NCBI GenBank assembly: GCA_963801355.1
Contig: CAWDEM010000008.1
Span: 1,664,001 to 1,728,000 of the forward strand
Direction of reading: 5' to 3'
From: Ignavibacteriota bacterium
GTDB taxonomy: Bacteria; Bacteroidota; Ignavibacteria; UBA10030; UBA6906
DNA: 64,000 nucleotides
The notes under the pieces are model-generated. The model did no database searches. It had not been told where the DNA came from and was given only the letters and a program-made list of their open reading frames with translations. Positions 37,805 through 48,306 of the stretch are shown piece by piece (the stretch's first letter is position 1; each line of letters begins with the position of its first letter). Both the position numbers and the translations under genes were made by a program.

Positions 37805-38881
37805 TCACGAAACCCCCATTTTCGAAGGGTAATATTCCTCGAGCTCCGTCCCTAAAATCTTCCCGGCAAGCACAACACTGTCAGCACCCGCGTAGGGGAA
37901 ATAGAGGTCCCCTTCGTAGAAGTATGCGCCGCAGACGAATACTACATTGTTCACCCCCAGGTCGGCGTCACCAGTCGTCTCTGCGGGCGTTGATGGTCGA
38001 AGAAGTGGTTCATCCCGCCTGACGATGAACTCCGGTGCACTGGGATCGGCAACGGCAATGCCCAGATCGTACTCACGATCACCGCTTGAACGTCTGTTCC
38101 CGATGTGATATAACACCAGGAAGCGTCCGTCAGGAAGCGAAATCGGAGGGGCTCCCCCGCCGATCCAGACATCCTTGAATTCAGGATTTGGCAAAGGTTT
38201 CATCACCACTCCCCGGCTTCCCCATTCCCCCGCGATGTCATCCGCCTCAGCACAATGAATTGCCATTGCATCCGGGCCTTCCATCGGTCGATGAAACAGC
38301 AGGAACTTACCGCCCACCTTTCGTGGAAACAACATGGCATTCTTGTTATCGATCACGTTGAACGCACCCCGGACCAACCCGTACTTTCGCCAGTGGACGA
38401 GATCTTCGCTGCCGGCCATGGCAATGCGTATGCTGTTTCTGTCGGCCCCCGATCCGTAGCCACAATAGCACATGTAAAATCTGTCGCCTATCCGCGTCAC
38501 GCGGGGGTCTTCCACGCCAAGGTTGTCATAAGCGCTGTCCGCAAGGAGTATCGGTTCGGAGTGCCTCGCTAATAGCTCAAGCCTGGGCGTGAGCACAGCC
38601 AGCCCTATTGCGGAACGCCGGTGATCATAGCTGGTTGTCGGCTCCCCTTGCGCTCGATAGAACAGAAATGTCAGAGACCGGTGCGCCGCAAGTTCCCTAC
38701 GGACTCCATCAGCAAACGGGAGAGCCGCAATGATCCTGTCCAGTGTCGCCCGATCCTCAACCAGCACAGACGCTGGGTTGAATACCACTTTGTTCTCCCA
38801 CGGATGGCTTTCTTCTCTCCGCAGGATGGGCCGGCCATTGTGAAGACGTTGCACTACCGGCAGCTTTCGAGAACCGTTCAT
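37805..38881 (-). CDS. GH130-family beta-mannoside phosphorylase/glycosidase
   Basis: VFNP, YRA, GVEDPRVT, NKNAMLFP, HRP, GGGAPP, NVVF, YAGAD. Confidence 0.85.
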   Translation of the reverse strand: MNGSRKLPVVQRLHNGRPILRREESHPWENKVVFNPASVLVEDRATLDRIIAALPFADGVRRELAAHRSLTFLFYRAQGEPTTSYDHRRSAIGLAVLTPRLELLARHSEPILLADSAYDNLGVEDPRVTRIGDRFYMCYCGYGSGADRNSIRIAMAGSEDLVHWRKYGLVRGAFNVIDNKNAMLFPRKVGGKFLLFHRPMEGPDAMAIHCAEADDIAGEWGSRGVVMKPLPNPEFKDVWIGGGAPPISLPDGRFLVLYHIGNRRSSGDREYDLGIAVADPSAPEFIVRRDEPLLRPSTPAETTGDADLGVNNVVFVCGAYFYEGDLYFPYAGADSVVLAGKILGTELEEYYPSKMGVS

Positions 38882-38927
38882 TGCGTACCCTGATTTCTGT
38901 TGTCTTTCACATTCTGCCCGAGGGTGT

Positions 38928-39986
38928 TCATTGGATATAATCTTTCAACTCCGCCCCACCGATTCGCCCCGCAAGCACAACGCTGTCGGCTCCTGCATAC
39001 GGGAAATAGAGATCTCCTTCGTAGAAGTACGCAGCGCAAATGAACACGACGTTGTGGACTCCCAGATCAGCATCACCCTTGATTTCGGCAGGTGTCAGAG
39101 GCCGAAGAAGCGGTTCATCTCTTTTCACAAAGAATTCCGGCTTGGACAGATCGGCAACGGCAATCCCCAGGTGGTATTCCACCTCGCCGTTCATGCGGCT
39201 GTTACCAATGTGATAGATGACCAAAAAGCGACCGTCGGGAAGAAGGATCGGAGGAGCGCCTCCGCCAACACGAGTTTCTTTGAATTCCGGATTCGGCAAA
39301 GGCTTCATCACCACACCGCGGCTTGTCCATTCCCCCAACACATCATCCGCTTCTGCAATGTGGATTGAAAACGCGTCTTTCCCCTCCATCGGTCGATGGA
39401 ACAGTAGGTATTTCCCTCCCACTGTGTGCGGGAACAGCATCCCATCCTTGTTGTCAATCAGGTTGAACGCGCCACGGAGCAAACCGTGCTTTTCCCAATG
39501 GACAAGATCAACGCTGCTGGCCAGCGCAATGCGCATCCTCTTCTTGTCCGTACCTGAATGATAGCCGCAGTAGCACATGTAAAATTTCTGGCCGATCCGC
39601 GTGACCCGTGGATCTTCCACACCGAGGTCGTCATACGAACTGTTCGGCAAGAGAATCGGTTCGGAGTGTCTGGCCAGCAGTTCAAGCCTGGGAGTGAGCA
39701 CAGCCAGCCCCAATGCAGAACGCCTGTGGTCGTAACCGGTCGTCGGCATTCCCTGCGCCCGATACAAAAGGAATGTGAGAGACTGTTGTGCCGCCAATTG
39801 CTTCCGGACGGCATCATCGAAGGGAAGCGCCGCAATGATTCTGTCAAGTGCCTCCCGATCCTCAACCAACACGGCCCCGGGGTTAAACACTACTCTGTTC
39901 TCCCACGGATGGTGTTCTTCTCTCCGCAACAGAGGCTGGTTGTTACGAAGACGATGTACAACCGGCAATTTCCGGAAACCTGTCAT
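38928..39986 (-). CDS. GH130-family beta-mannoside phosphorylase/glycosidase (tandem paralog)
   Basis: VFNPGA, GVEDPRVT, NKDGMLFP, HRP, RVGGGAPP, NVVF, YAGAD. Confidence 0.85.
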   Translation of the reverse strand: MTGFRKLPVVHRLRNNQPLLRREEHHPWENRVVFNPGAVLVEDREALDRIIAALPFDDAVRKQLAAQQSLTFLLYRAQGMPTTGYDHRRSALGLAVLTPRLELLARHSEPILLPNSSYDDLGVEDPRVTRIGQKFYMCYCGYHSGTDKKRMRIALASSVDLVHWEKHGLLRGAFNLIDNKDGMLFPHTVGGKYLLFHRPMEGKDAFSIHIAEADDVLGEWTSRGVVMKPLPNPEFKETRVGGGAPPILLPDGRFLVIYHIGNSRMNGEVEYHLGIAVADLSKPEFFVKRDEPLLRPLTPAEIKGDADLGVHNVVFICAAYFYEGDLYFPYAGADSVVLAGRIGGAELKDYIQ

Positions 39987-40041
39987 TGTTCACCTTGGTA
40001 TGTGATGTCTGTTGATCCGAATGTCGTGGTTTCTTTTCAGT

Positions 40042-43000
40042 CTATCGTAACACCAACATCTTGCGGGTCTGCAAGAAATCCCCCGCATGCATTCTACAGA
40101 AATACAACCCGCTTGCCATGCCTTTCGCGTTCCATGTCACCTCATAGCTTCCCGCCTCTTTTCTTTCATCCACCAGCACTGCCACCTCGCACCCCAGAAG
40201 GTTGTAGACGCTGAGTTTCACTGTACGGGTTCCGTGTCCCGGGTTCTGTAGCCCGAAACCCGCAACCCGAAACCCGATAGTGGTGACCGGATTGAACGGA
40301 TTCGGATAGTTCTGCCCTAGCGCACACGCCGCAGGAACTCCTGCCGGATCTCCTGCCTTCACCGAAGTTACGACAAGCGATGCGATCTCCTGTAACGAAA
40401 GAGCGTAATCATAGATTCGTATCTCGTCGAGCACGCCGTTGAAATTGTAGTTGTTGTCTCCAGGCACGCTCTGCCCGATGGTCAATGCAGATGTCGTCGT
40501 GTTGACCGGACCGGAAAAAGGCGCAAATGCATCAAGCTGTCCGTTGAGATAGAGCTCGAGGTCCGACCCGTTATACCAACCCGTCACGCTGTACGTGCTA
40601 TCCAGTGCGAGTGAGGTCTCTCCATCCAGGTCTTTAATCTGGCCCAGCGAATTTTTCAACGTAAACCGGAGTCTGTTGGTGCCCGGTGAAATGGAAAGTT
40701 TCCAACGGTTTTGCCAGTTCCCATGCGAAATCGGATATTGTTCGCGATTCGTGTAGAACATACCAACGTGCATCCAGATATTCACGGTCATCGCATTCTG
40801 AAAATTTAGACCCGGGTCGTTCGGCACGACAATAGTCCCTGTCGTCCCATCGAATGCATAGGCGCTATTGATATGCCCGGAATGGTCGCTTGTCAGCTGT
40901 GCATTATTGACAGTTCCGTCGTGTCCGTGACCCGTCGCATCATTTGCATTGCCGCTGAATGGGTAGTATGCCACGAGCGACCCCGTCTGGATGACCGACA
41001 GATCCCGCACTTCAAGCCCAACGCTGTCGAGGTCCCAGCCACCAAACCCGTCATCAACGCGGCAACGCACGTAGTAGTTGCCAACCGCGGAAGGCGCCGT
41101 CCATGTCACCGCGCTCCCTGTGCCGCTCAGCGCGCCCGATGCCGAGGACCAGGAGTACCATGCTGTATCGCCGTTCGCATCGCTCGCCAGACACGTGATG
41201 GTTGACACTCCGCCCGGGTTGAGCTTGCGCGGAACCGCGCTGAAACGCTGTATGACGGGCTGAATGTTGACACGCTCAACGACGGTGAGCGTGTCAGTCG
41301 CTGCTGCCTCCCCGCCACGCCCGTCGATGACAGTGCACGTGACCGTACACCGTCCGGGTACTGATGGCGCAGTCCATTCGATCCATGATCCGCTCCCGGC
41401 CAGCGTGCCACCGGATGTGCTCCATCCATAGCTGAGCGTATCTGTGTCTCTGTCCGTTGCCGTGCAGAATATTCTGACCGACTTGGCCACTCCAATGTTT
41501 GTTGAATCCGGTGCAAGGCTCTTGATCCGCGGAGGATGGTTTCCTGTTGTCCCCCCGGATCGATAATCGACAACGACACCGTTAATGAGCGTCTTGTCAA
41601 GATCGTGCGTCATCGATCCTCCCGAAGGTGCTATCACGACCACGACGGCCGCATTGGCCGGAATCCTTACCGTCGCCATGCCGCTCACTCCTTGCCGCAC
41701 GATGGTCTTGGTCACCGTATTGTAGAGGTCGTGTGTCCCTTCTCCAACATCAAGCACAACGGAGGTATCGGAGCCATACGGATTGAAATAGAGGTACGTC
41801 GGATACGCCGCGCCGTGAAAATAGTCCGTCGCGAGCAGATCGAGACGAAGTATCATCGACACGTCTGTCGTGTCGATGAGTCCGGCGAGAATTCCCACAT
41901 GAGATGCGCCATACAGGGCGTAGTTCGTCGGTGCCCAGCCGTTCCGGAGGGCGTCGCCGGTAGCAAACGGACTGATCGTGCCACTCGTCGGGTTAAATTG
42001 ATGCATCGCTTCATAGGCGATAGTCGAATGCGGATCGTACTGATGTCCCCACCCTTCACTGTCCTGATGGTCATCGGGCAAGAAGTCCGTGTAGAATAGT
42101 CGTGCGGCATTTGCTGCATTCAGCATCCACTTCCCAATTGCCCTGGCATACCGGTCATCGTAACGGACGAGCGGAACGAGTGCCCCTGCCTGCTCTACGG
42201 TGTTCATGAAAAATGGATAGTCGTTGCTATGATTGACCTCACCGATCAGCCCGGAACAGTCGTAGCCACCCCATTTCCCTACGGTCACTCCCCATTGCCG
42301 CAATGTCCCGTCACCGTCGGCGAAGCACCAATGAAGCATCTTTGTGAGATCGTACGTGGTTCCGATTTCACCGTTCATACGGGCGGCGATGTACGCACCA
42401 TAGGGAAGCTGGAGCTCATACGACGGGTTGGTCGCATATACGAGAAGTGACTCCAGCGCGATTTCTGCGCCGATCCTATACCGCGCATTGCCGGTCTTCA
42501 CATATGCCTGATACAGTATCCACGCGATGGCTCCCGCCGCCTCCGGTTCCACGACCCCGTTGTTGTTAGGAGTCATCGTTGAGAGATCAAAAGCTCGGTG
42601 ATGCACGTTGGCCAAACTCCAGGGAGCCGTGGTGCCACCCATCGCATTGATCGCTGCCAACCAGCGATCTGCAACCGCGACGAACTGATCCGGGAAATCG
42701 GCGGTTGACGGGTACAGGGAGTGGAGCTGGTAGAAGAAGACGTTTGGCATCGTTTCGTACCACCAATCATCTCCCGTCGAGGCACTTGCAGAATTCAGAT
42801 AGACGTTCTGTCCGTTCGCTTTGTTGAACCATTCGCGGCACATGAGGACCCAGTTGACGCCGTTCTGATTGCTTTTGTCGATACCGGCGAGGCTCGCTCC
42901 CACGACCGCAGGGATGCAGTTGATCCCCTCACCGCGTCCCAGTGTGCCACCAACATACGATTGGAGCCCGAAGCTTGTCTGTCCGGGATAGTTCACCGTC

Positions 43001-43236
43001 GCGGTATAGGTCTTCGAGAGAGGCAGATATTGCCCCATCGCCGTGACATCGAACACCAGCGAATCATATCCCCGGGCCGCGCCCTTCCAATCCCTCATGA
43101 TATACGGAGAGGGGATATTCGGCATGAGCTCAATTCTCCCGATGGCAATCTGCTGGGCTGACACTGTTGCGGCGGCAAGGCACACCGCCGCTACTGAAGC
43201 AACAATGCAGCCCCCTGAAAGATGACGGTTCTTCAT
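40042..43236 (-). CDS. Secreted multidomain protein: unassigned helical glycosidase-like domain, two Ig/PKD-like domains, LamG jelly roll, T9SS-type CTD
   Basis: Signal peptide; two 'C.A.D...D...Y.WS...G.L.G.GS...WTAPS..G' repeats; LVAYYPFSGNAND...FNGVLDEIRIY; QNYPNPFNP. The catalytic role is inferred only. Confidence 0.72.
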   Translation of the reverse strand: MKNRHLSGGCIVASVAAVCLAAATVSAQQIAIGRIELMPNIPSPYIMRDWKGAARGYDSLVFDVTAMGQYLPLSKTYTATVNYPGQTSFGLQSYVGGTLGRGEGINCIPAVVGASLAGIDKSNQNGVNWVLMCREWFNKANGQNVYLNSASASTGDDWWYETMPNVFFYQLHSLYPSTADFPDQFVAVADRWLAAINAMGGTTAPWSLANVHHRAFDLSTMTPNNNGVVEPEAAGAIAWILYQAYVKTGNARYRIGAEIALESLLVYATNPSYELQLPYGAYIAARMNGEIGTTYDLTKMLHWCFADGDGTLRQWGVTVGKWGGYDCSGLIGEVNHSNDYPFFMNTVEQAGALVPLVRYDDRYARAIGKWMLNAANAARLFYTDFLPDDHQDSEGWGHQYDPHSTIAYEAMHQFNPTSGTISPFATGDALRNGWAPTNYALYGASHVGILAGLIDTTDVSMILRLDLLATDYFHGAAYPTYLYFNPYGSDTSVVLDVGEGTHDLYNTVTKTIVRQGVSGMATVRIPANAAVVVVIAPSGGSMTHDLDKTLINGVVVDYRSGGTTGNHPPRIKSLAPDSTNIGVAKSVRIFCTATDRDTDTLSYGWSTSGGTLAGSGSWIEWTAPSVPGRCTVTCTVIDGRGGEAAATDTLTVVERVNIQPVIQRFSAVPRKLNPGGVSTITCLASDANGDTAWYSWSSASGALSGTGSAVTWTAPSAVGNYYVRCRVDDGFGGWDLDSVGLEVRDLSVIQTGSLVAYYPFSGNANDATGHGHDGTVNNAQLTSDHSGHINSAYAFDGTTGTIVVPNDPGLNFQNAMTVNIWMHVGMFYTNREQYPISHGNWQNRWKLSISPGTNRLRFTLKNSLGQIKDLDGETSLALDSTYSVTGWYNGSDLELYLNGQLDAFAPFSGPVNTTTSALTIGQSVPGDNNYNFNGVLDEIRIYDYALSLQEIASLVVTSVKAGDPAGVPAACALGQNYPNPFNPVTTIGFRVAGFGLQNPGHGTRTVKLSVYNLLGCEVAVLVDERKEAGSYEVTWNAKGMASGLYFCRMHAGDFLQTRKMLVLR

Positions 43237-44714
43237 TTGAATCGACCCTGATAGCTCTTGCTCGCTTCGCCTTCAAACACATGCAGTGTACCATCCTGCA
43301 CACCGATCGCAACGGTGACTTCATCACCTTTGCCGTTCCGGAAGAGGGCCGAGTGTTCACGACCGTCTCTCCGAGAGGAAATCTTTTTATAATGGAGGAA
43401 CGCCCGTGCGGACGGGTAATGTTCGATTTCCATCACCGTGTAGAGCGCTTCTACGGTCGACTCGGCTCCGGAATTCTTGTTAATGGAGAGAGAATCGCGA
43501 ATGCCGTCGAAACATCGCCCGGTTGTCGGATCGTACAGTGCCTGATCCAGAACATTGTTGCCAAACAACCAGGAAGCGGCAAGTCCGGCCATGACCAGGA
43601 AGTCACTCCTCCCGGTCGCCTCGTGCAGGCGCAAGAGTCCGACCGCCATCGGCCTGACCGCATAGGCAATCTGTTCGTACCGCAGCGGGGGGTCTGCTGA
43701 AGCAAGATCCCTCTCTTTCATAAACCCGTCGACGAGCAGGCGCGCATAGAAACCGGTCGCTTCCCGTTCGGCCGAACCGATGAACTCATTATTGCCAAGG
43801 ATCTTCCCTGCGGCGGCAAGCGCTTGTGTCTGTGCGTTGCCCCACATGTGCCACCGGGTTTCCCACGATCGATGGAGTCCGTACGGAGACTGTTGGGGAG
43901 TCCCGCTTTGCATCCGCATGATGCCGTCTGCAAGTTTGTCGATCATGGACTTGAGTCCGGTGTCCGGCAGAGCCGCATAGAGGTCGACGAGACCGAGCAG
44001 CAACTCCGAAGTTACATCCGCTCCTGAGTCATAGGGGAGCCACCTCGGCACCAGGAATCCGGAGACTGTGTCACATTCCCCGTACCGCACGAGGAGATCC
44101 CGCACCCGGGGGAGCGACCTGTCCACCGCGCGTTTGACCGATCCGGCAAACTCCGGATCAGCTTCTGCAAAGACGCGGTATCCTGTCCCGAGCGACCAGA
44201 CACCCCGTGATCCCCACCAGCCGAATGATTTCAGACTCGTCCGGCCCGTTGTGTTGATCGAATGATCCTTGTAAATGAAATTGTAGAATTCTCCGTCATC
44301 CGTTTGCATCATCATCACGAATCGCAGCAACGCCTTCGCCCGGTCAAGACTTCTCAGGTCTCCTGCAAGTTCATAGTGACGCATGTAGACAACGGCAGCC
44401 CTCGCTGCATCGTCGACGCACGCAACCCCCTCTGTGCCGGCGTCGGCAGCCTCCAGCCAGCGATAGTCCGGATAGTTTGCGTACACATGGACAATGTCAA
44501 CACGTTGCCCGTTCAGAGAAATCGTTTCCGTCAAATGCTGAAGATGGCTGAAGTTGACAAGCGACGGCTGTGCACAGGCTAGATTGAGAAGGGCGAGTGC
44601 TGACAGAAGCATCCACCCCAGCGGAATGGCAGTCTGGTGTGCGGGATCACTATTCCCGGGTTGGTCCTCCAAGCACATGGTCCCATCGTCTGGCTTCATC
44701 AATACATTCCCCAC
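43233..44714 (-). CDS. Lipoprotein with a putative (alpha/alpha)6 glycosidase-like domain
   Basis: Lipobox NLAC; VACVDDAARA, SFGWWGSRGVWSLG, YEQIAY, WLFGNN, CFDG, NSGAEST; start may lie further downstream. Confidence 0.7.
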   Translation of the reverse strand: MGNVLMKPDDGTMCLEDQPGNSDPAHQTAIPLGWMLLSALALLNLACAQPSLVNFSHLQHLTETISLNGQRVDIVHVYANYPDYRWLEAADAGTEGVACVDDAARAAVVYMRHYELAGDLRSLDRAKALLRFVMMMQTDDGEFYNFIYKDHSINTTGRTSLKSFGWWGSRGVWSLGTGYRVFAEADPEFAGSVKRAVDRSLPRVRDLLVRYGECDTVSGFLVPRWLPYDSGADVTSELLLGLVDLYAALPDTGLKSMIDKLADGIMRMQSGTPQQSPYGLHRSWETRWHMWGNAQTQALAAAGKILGNNEFIGSAEREATGFYARLLVDGFMKERDLASADPPLRYEQIAYAVRPMAVGLLRLHEATGRSDFLVMAGLAASWLFGNNVLDQALYDPTTGRCFDGIRDSLSINKNSGAESTVEALYTVMEIEHYPSARAFLHYKKISSRRDGREHSALFRNGKGDEVTVAIGVQDGTLHVFEGEASKSYQGRFK

Positions 44715-44752
44715 TTGGGGGTGACCCCTTCTTCAGGTTTTGAATTCTGAAC

Positions 44753-45772
44753 TCAGAATTCTGCGTTCGGTTTTATGATGCTCTTGAGCGTCCTCCCCTC
44801 CCTCAACGCGGCAAATGCTTCATCTACCCCGTCAAGGGGAAATTCCTGAATCATGAGCTCATTGGTGCGTACGGTGCCCGCATGGAGGAGCGCCGCCGCC
44901 CGGGTAAAAGTATACGGGTTCACGTAGGAACCGACGATGGTGAGCTCATTGAAGTAGATCTGATGAGGCTCTACGGGAATCGAGACGCCGATCGGACAAA
45001 CACCAAAGAACTCCACAACCCCGCCACGCCTTGCCAGATGAAGGCTCGACTGCATCGTGGCCGGCTTCCCGACGCATTCTATCACTACATCCGCACCGAC
45101 TGCAGTGTGTTCATAGACCACCGCGGCGACATCCGCCGAGGATGGATCAACCACCAGATCCGCCCCGAGCTTCCGGGCAATTGCGCGCTTGTGCTCCAGC
45201 GGTTCAACCAATATCGTGACCGCTGCACCAGCGTTCTTCACCAGCTGGAGCATGATGAGCCCGACTGTACCTCCGCCCACAATGACGACGGAATCGCCGG
45301 CTTTGATGCCGGCCTTATCAAGACCATGTACCGCACACGACAGCGGCTCAATGAAGGCCCCATTCTCGGGTGCCATCCCGGACGGGAGGAAATGCAATTG
45401 CTCCCGCGGAACGATACAGAATTCAGCCATACCGCCGTCAATATCAACCCCGAGTGCCCGCAGACCGGCACAGAGATGAACAAGGCCGCGCCTGCAGTAG
45501 AAGCACGTGCCACAAGCAATATTGGGGTCGACTGCCACCCGGGATCCCCCGGGGATCCCCACCACGCTCCCCGGGTCCTCGACAACTCCGGAAAACTCAT
45601 GCCCGAGAACCACCGGCGGCGCTGAGCGGGAAGTCCCATCGACAATATGCAGATCGGTCCCGCATATGCCGCACGCCGCGACACGGACAAGGACTTCGTT
45701 TTCTTTCAACCGGCGCAGCTCTTTCTGGACAACTGACAATACGCCCGGTTTCTCAAACAATGCCGCTTTCAT
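44753..45772 (-). CDS. Zinc-dependent alcohol/polyol dehydrogenase (MDR family)
   Basis: CGICGTD, GHEFSG, CGTCFYC...C, GGGTVG, DVVIECVG. Confidence 0.92.
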   Translation of the reverse strand: MKAALFEKPGVLSVVQKELRRLKENEVLVRVAACGICGTDLHIVDGTSRSAPPVVLGHEFSGVVEDPGSVVGIPGGSRVAVDPNIACGTCFYCRRGLVHLCAGLRALGVDIDGGMAEFCIVPREQLHFLPSGMAPENGAFIEPLSCAVHGLDKAGIKAGDSVVIVGGGTVGLIMLQLVKNAGAAVTILVEPLEHKRAIARKLGADLVVDPSSADVAAVVYEHTAVGADVVIECVGKPATMQSSLHLARRGGVVEFFGVCPIGVSIPVEPHQIYFNELTIVGSYVNPYTFTRAAALLHAGTVRTNELMIQEFPLDGVDEAFAALREGRTLKSIIKPNAEF

Positions 45773-45778
45773 GATCTC

Positions 45779-48278
45779 TCAGAGTGTTATGGTGATTTTC
45801 TGCGCGCCCTCGGTACCGGTGAACCTGAGCATCAGCGAGAGCCCTCCCTCCGGGTCTTGTCCGATTGTGAAGCTCTTCACCTCCTTGCCATCCACGCTCA
45901 CCTTCCGAATCCGCGCCGGCACTCTGACGGTCGCATTTCCATGGTGCCCTTGGTAGGACAGCACAATGAGCCGCAATGTGCGCTTCCCCGCATCGTAGTT
46001 CGCGGAACGGAGTTGGGCATTGATCTCGGCAAGATACGGTTGTTGAGGATTTCCCAGTGTCACAGTCCAGTTCCTGGTATCCTGCGCATCAAGCGGAATA
46101 ACCAGCGATGGAATTTCCTTTCCGTCTGCGGTGAAGCTGCGCAGCCCATTGCCTTTCCCCAAGATGCGTATGTGCTTGCGGCCCCAGAACTCAAGCGTGC
46201 ACCTGGTGGTGTCGACAGCGGCGGGAAGCGCCCCGGAGAAAGCGATGTTCCACTCATTCTCCTGTATCCCCAGCACTCGATACCCGGCAAGAAGGCTGAA
46301 CCCGGCAGCCCAGAGGAATGATGGTTTGTCGATCTCCCCATAGCGAGGCGAAGCAGGATTGCTATACCTGTACTCGTAAAACGCCGGTTGGCCCATCGGA
46401 CTGTGCGCTATGCCGTCAAGTGTCATTGTCGACCGGTAGAAGGCGTACGCATCGTCAATGCGTCCGGTAGCGCTCAATGCCATGGCATACCATGCGTTAT
46501 TGTGAGGCCACACGCCGCCATTGATGTACCGGTAGGGATCTCCTGCTTCATTCCCGGCAAAGTGAAAGTAGGCCTTCAGGGAGTCGGTATGAAAGTCCGG
46601 CGGCATGACGGCACGGATTCCCAATCCTTCCGCGAAGAGCTGTTTCGCGGCGGTCCGGACGAGCCGGCCGGCCCGGGCGGTGTCCAGCGATCCAAAGACC
46701 GCTGCCAGCAACGACCCCATATACATGTGCGGATCCAGTTTCGTTCCGTTGAAATTCATGAGATACCCCGCCTGCTCATCCCAGAGTCGCCTTCGCAGGC
46801 TTCCGCTCATTCTCAACGCTATGTCATCACAGTGCTTGAATTCGGACCGAGGTTTGTGCAGGAAGGCGCTGATGAATGTGAATTCGCGGAGTGCCCTGAT
46901 CACCAGAATCGTCATATATGCCCGCGGCCCCTCGTTATTCCCGATGTCCCACCAATCGGGGGCGCGGGCATACATCAACCCGTCGTCCTTGAGCCTGCGG
47001 AGTGACTCGCTCACGCTCTTGAAAAGAAGAGGATAGATCCGCTGGCCCAATGCGGTGTCGCCCGTGTGGCGCATGTAGCTTCCCGCAGCCAGAATGAACC
47101 AGAGATGATTCCAGTTGTCAGGTCCGCAGTACTCCGTCTTGAAGCCATCATCTCTCCAGTAGTAGGCGTGGGGGATGACGCTGTCCTTTGCCAGCCCCGT
47201 GATATACGACAGATCCCGGTGAACGCGGACGGGGTCAAATGCGGATGCTGCGAGATCCGTCAGCAGCATATCGTGAGTAAAGAAGAAATTGTACTCGGCC
47301 GGACATGGCATGGGAACAACCCGTCCGTCCAGATAATGGGCGTTCGCCGAAAGAATTGCGTTTGCCCAGGAGACCGTCCTGTCCACCCATGGATCCCCCG
47401 TCTGCAACACTGCACCGTTCGCGGCCCGGTCTCTGATGAAGCGATCGTAGGCTGCAACATCGCCGGCCCACGTGGCCTGCAACCGCCGGATTACTGCCCC
47501 GGCCTCACTGTTCTTGCAGGTACCAATGAGAAGCACGATAGACATGGAGTCGCGGCTGCTCAAGCTCCCTTCGATATTTGAAACCACACAATTTCGTCGT
47601 CGCCGCGCTGCTGTCATCCATCACAGGACTGCCGGATTCTTCTCCGACATTACAGACAAACAGGCTTGTGCCCGCAGTCTGCGGCTCGGAAAAACGAGCG
47701 ATGGTTGCCGCGCCGGCAGTATCACAGATCATTACCGGGTTGTCGAATCGCGCATAGGTCTGGCAGGAACGCAGCACGGCACTCAGATGGATGGATGGAG
47801 CTATCAATTTCCGCACGGGCATGCGGTTCATCACGGTGAGGCGAAAAATCATCACGGGTTCACGCAGTCCAAATTCATAGTAAATCGTGCATGCAAGACT
47901 GTCGTCCTCCCGGCGGAACGTCACCTTGTGCGGGCTTAACGAATATTCCCACGGTTCTTCGCCGATCGCCCGTGCACCTTGCTTATCGATCTCAATATCG
48001 ATCCCGAGCGGGTGTGAATCCGCCCGTTTCCAGTAGTCGGTGCTGAGATCGATGCTGTTGGCAACAGGGTAGAAGAAACTGATGCGAGAAGGGAGCGGCA
48101 GGCTGTTGTGGAACTCGGCACCGGCGTATGGCCCACCCACTTCTACTTGTCCATACCGGCCTGCGAACCGGTATGCGAGCGGATCCGCACTCCAACCATC
48201 CTGCGCGCTCGAAGTGGCCGCAAGTACGATACAGGAACATAAGAGGAGGATTTGTCGATTCACAACCACCATTCCCAT
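45779..48278 (-). CDS. Exported six-hairpin glycosidase-like protein (amylo-alpha-1,6-glucosidase/debranching-like), split by an apparent +1 frameshift near 47570
   Basis: ORF 47505..48278 (signal peptide) and ORF 45779..47617 (FFTHD, PDWWD, YINGGVWPH, FYEY, FLWAAG) join on removal of one base. Confidence 0.7.
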
Positions 48279-48306
48279 AATGTGAGGGCATTCATCGTGC
48301 GACAGT

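Noticed and set aside
44717-44768. Short palindrome GGGGTGACCCC and loose heptamers (TGAATTC TGAACTC AGAATTC TGCGTTC) at the dehydrogenase end
   Set aside because: Too short and degenerate to call as an element without genome-wide counts.
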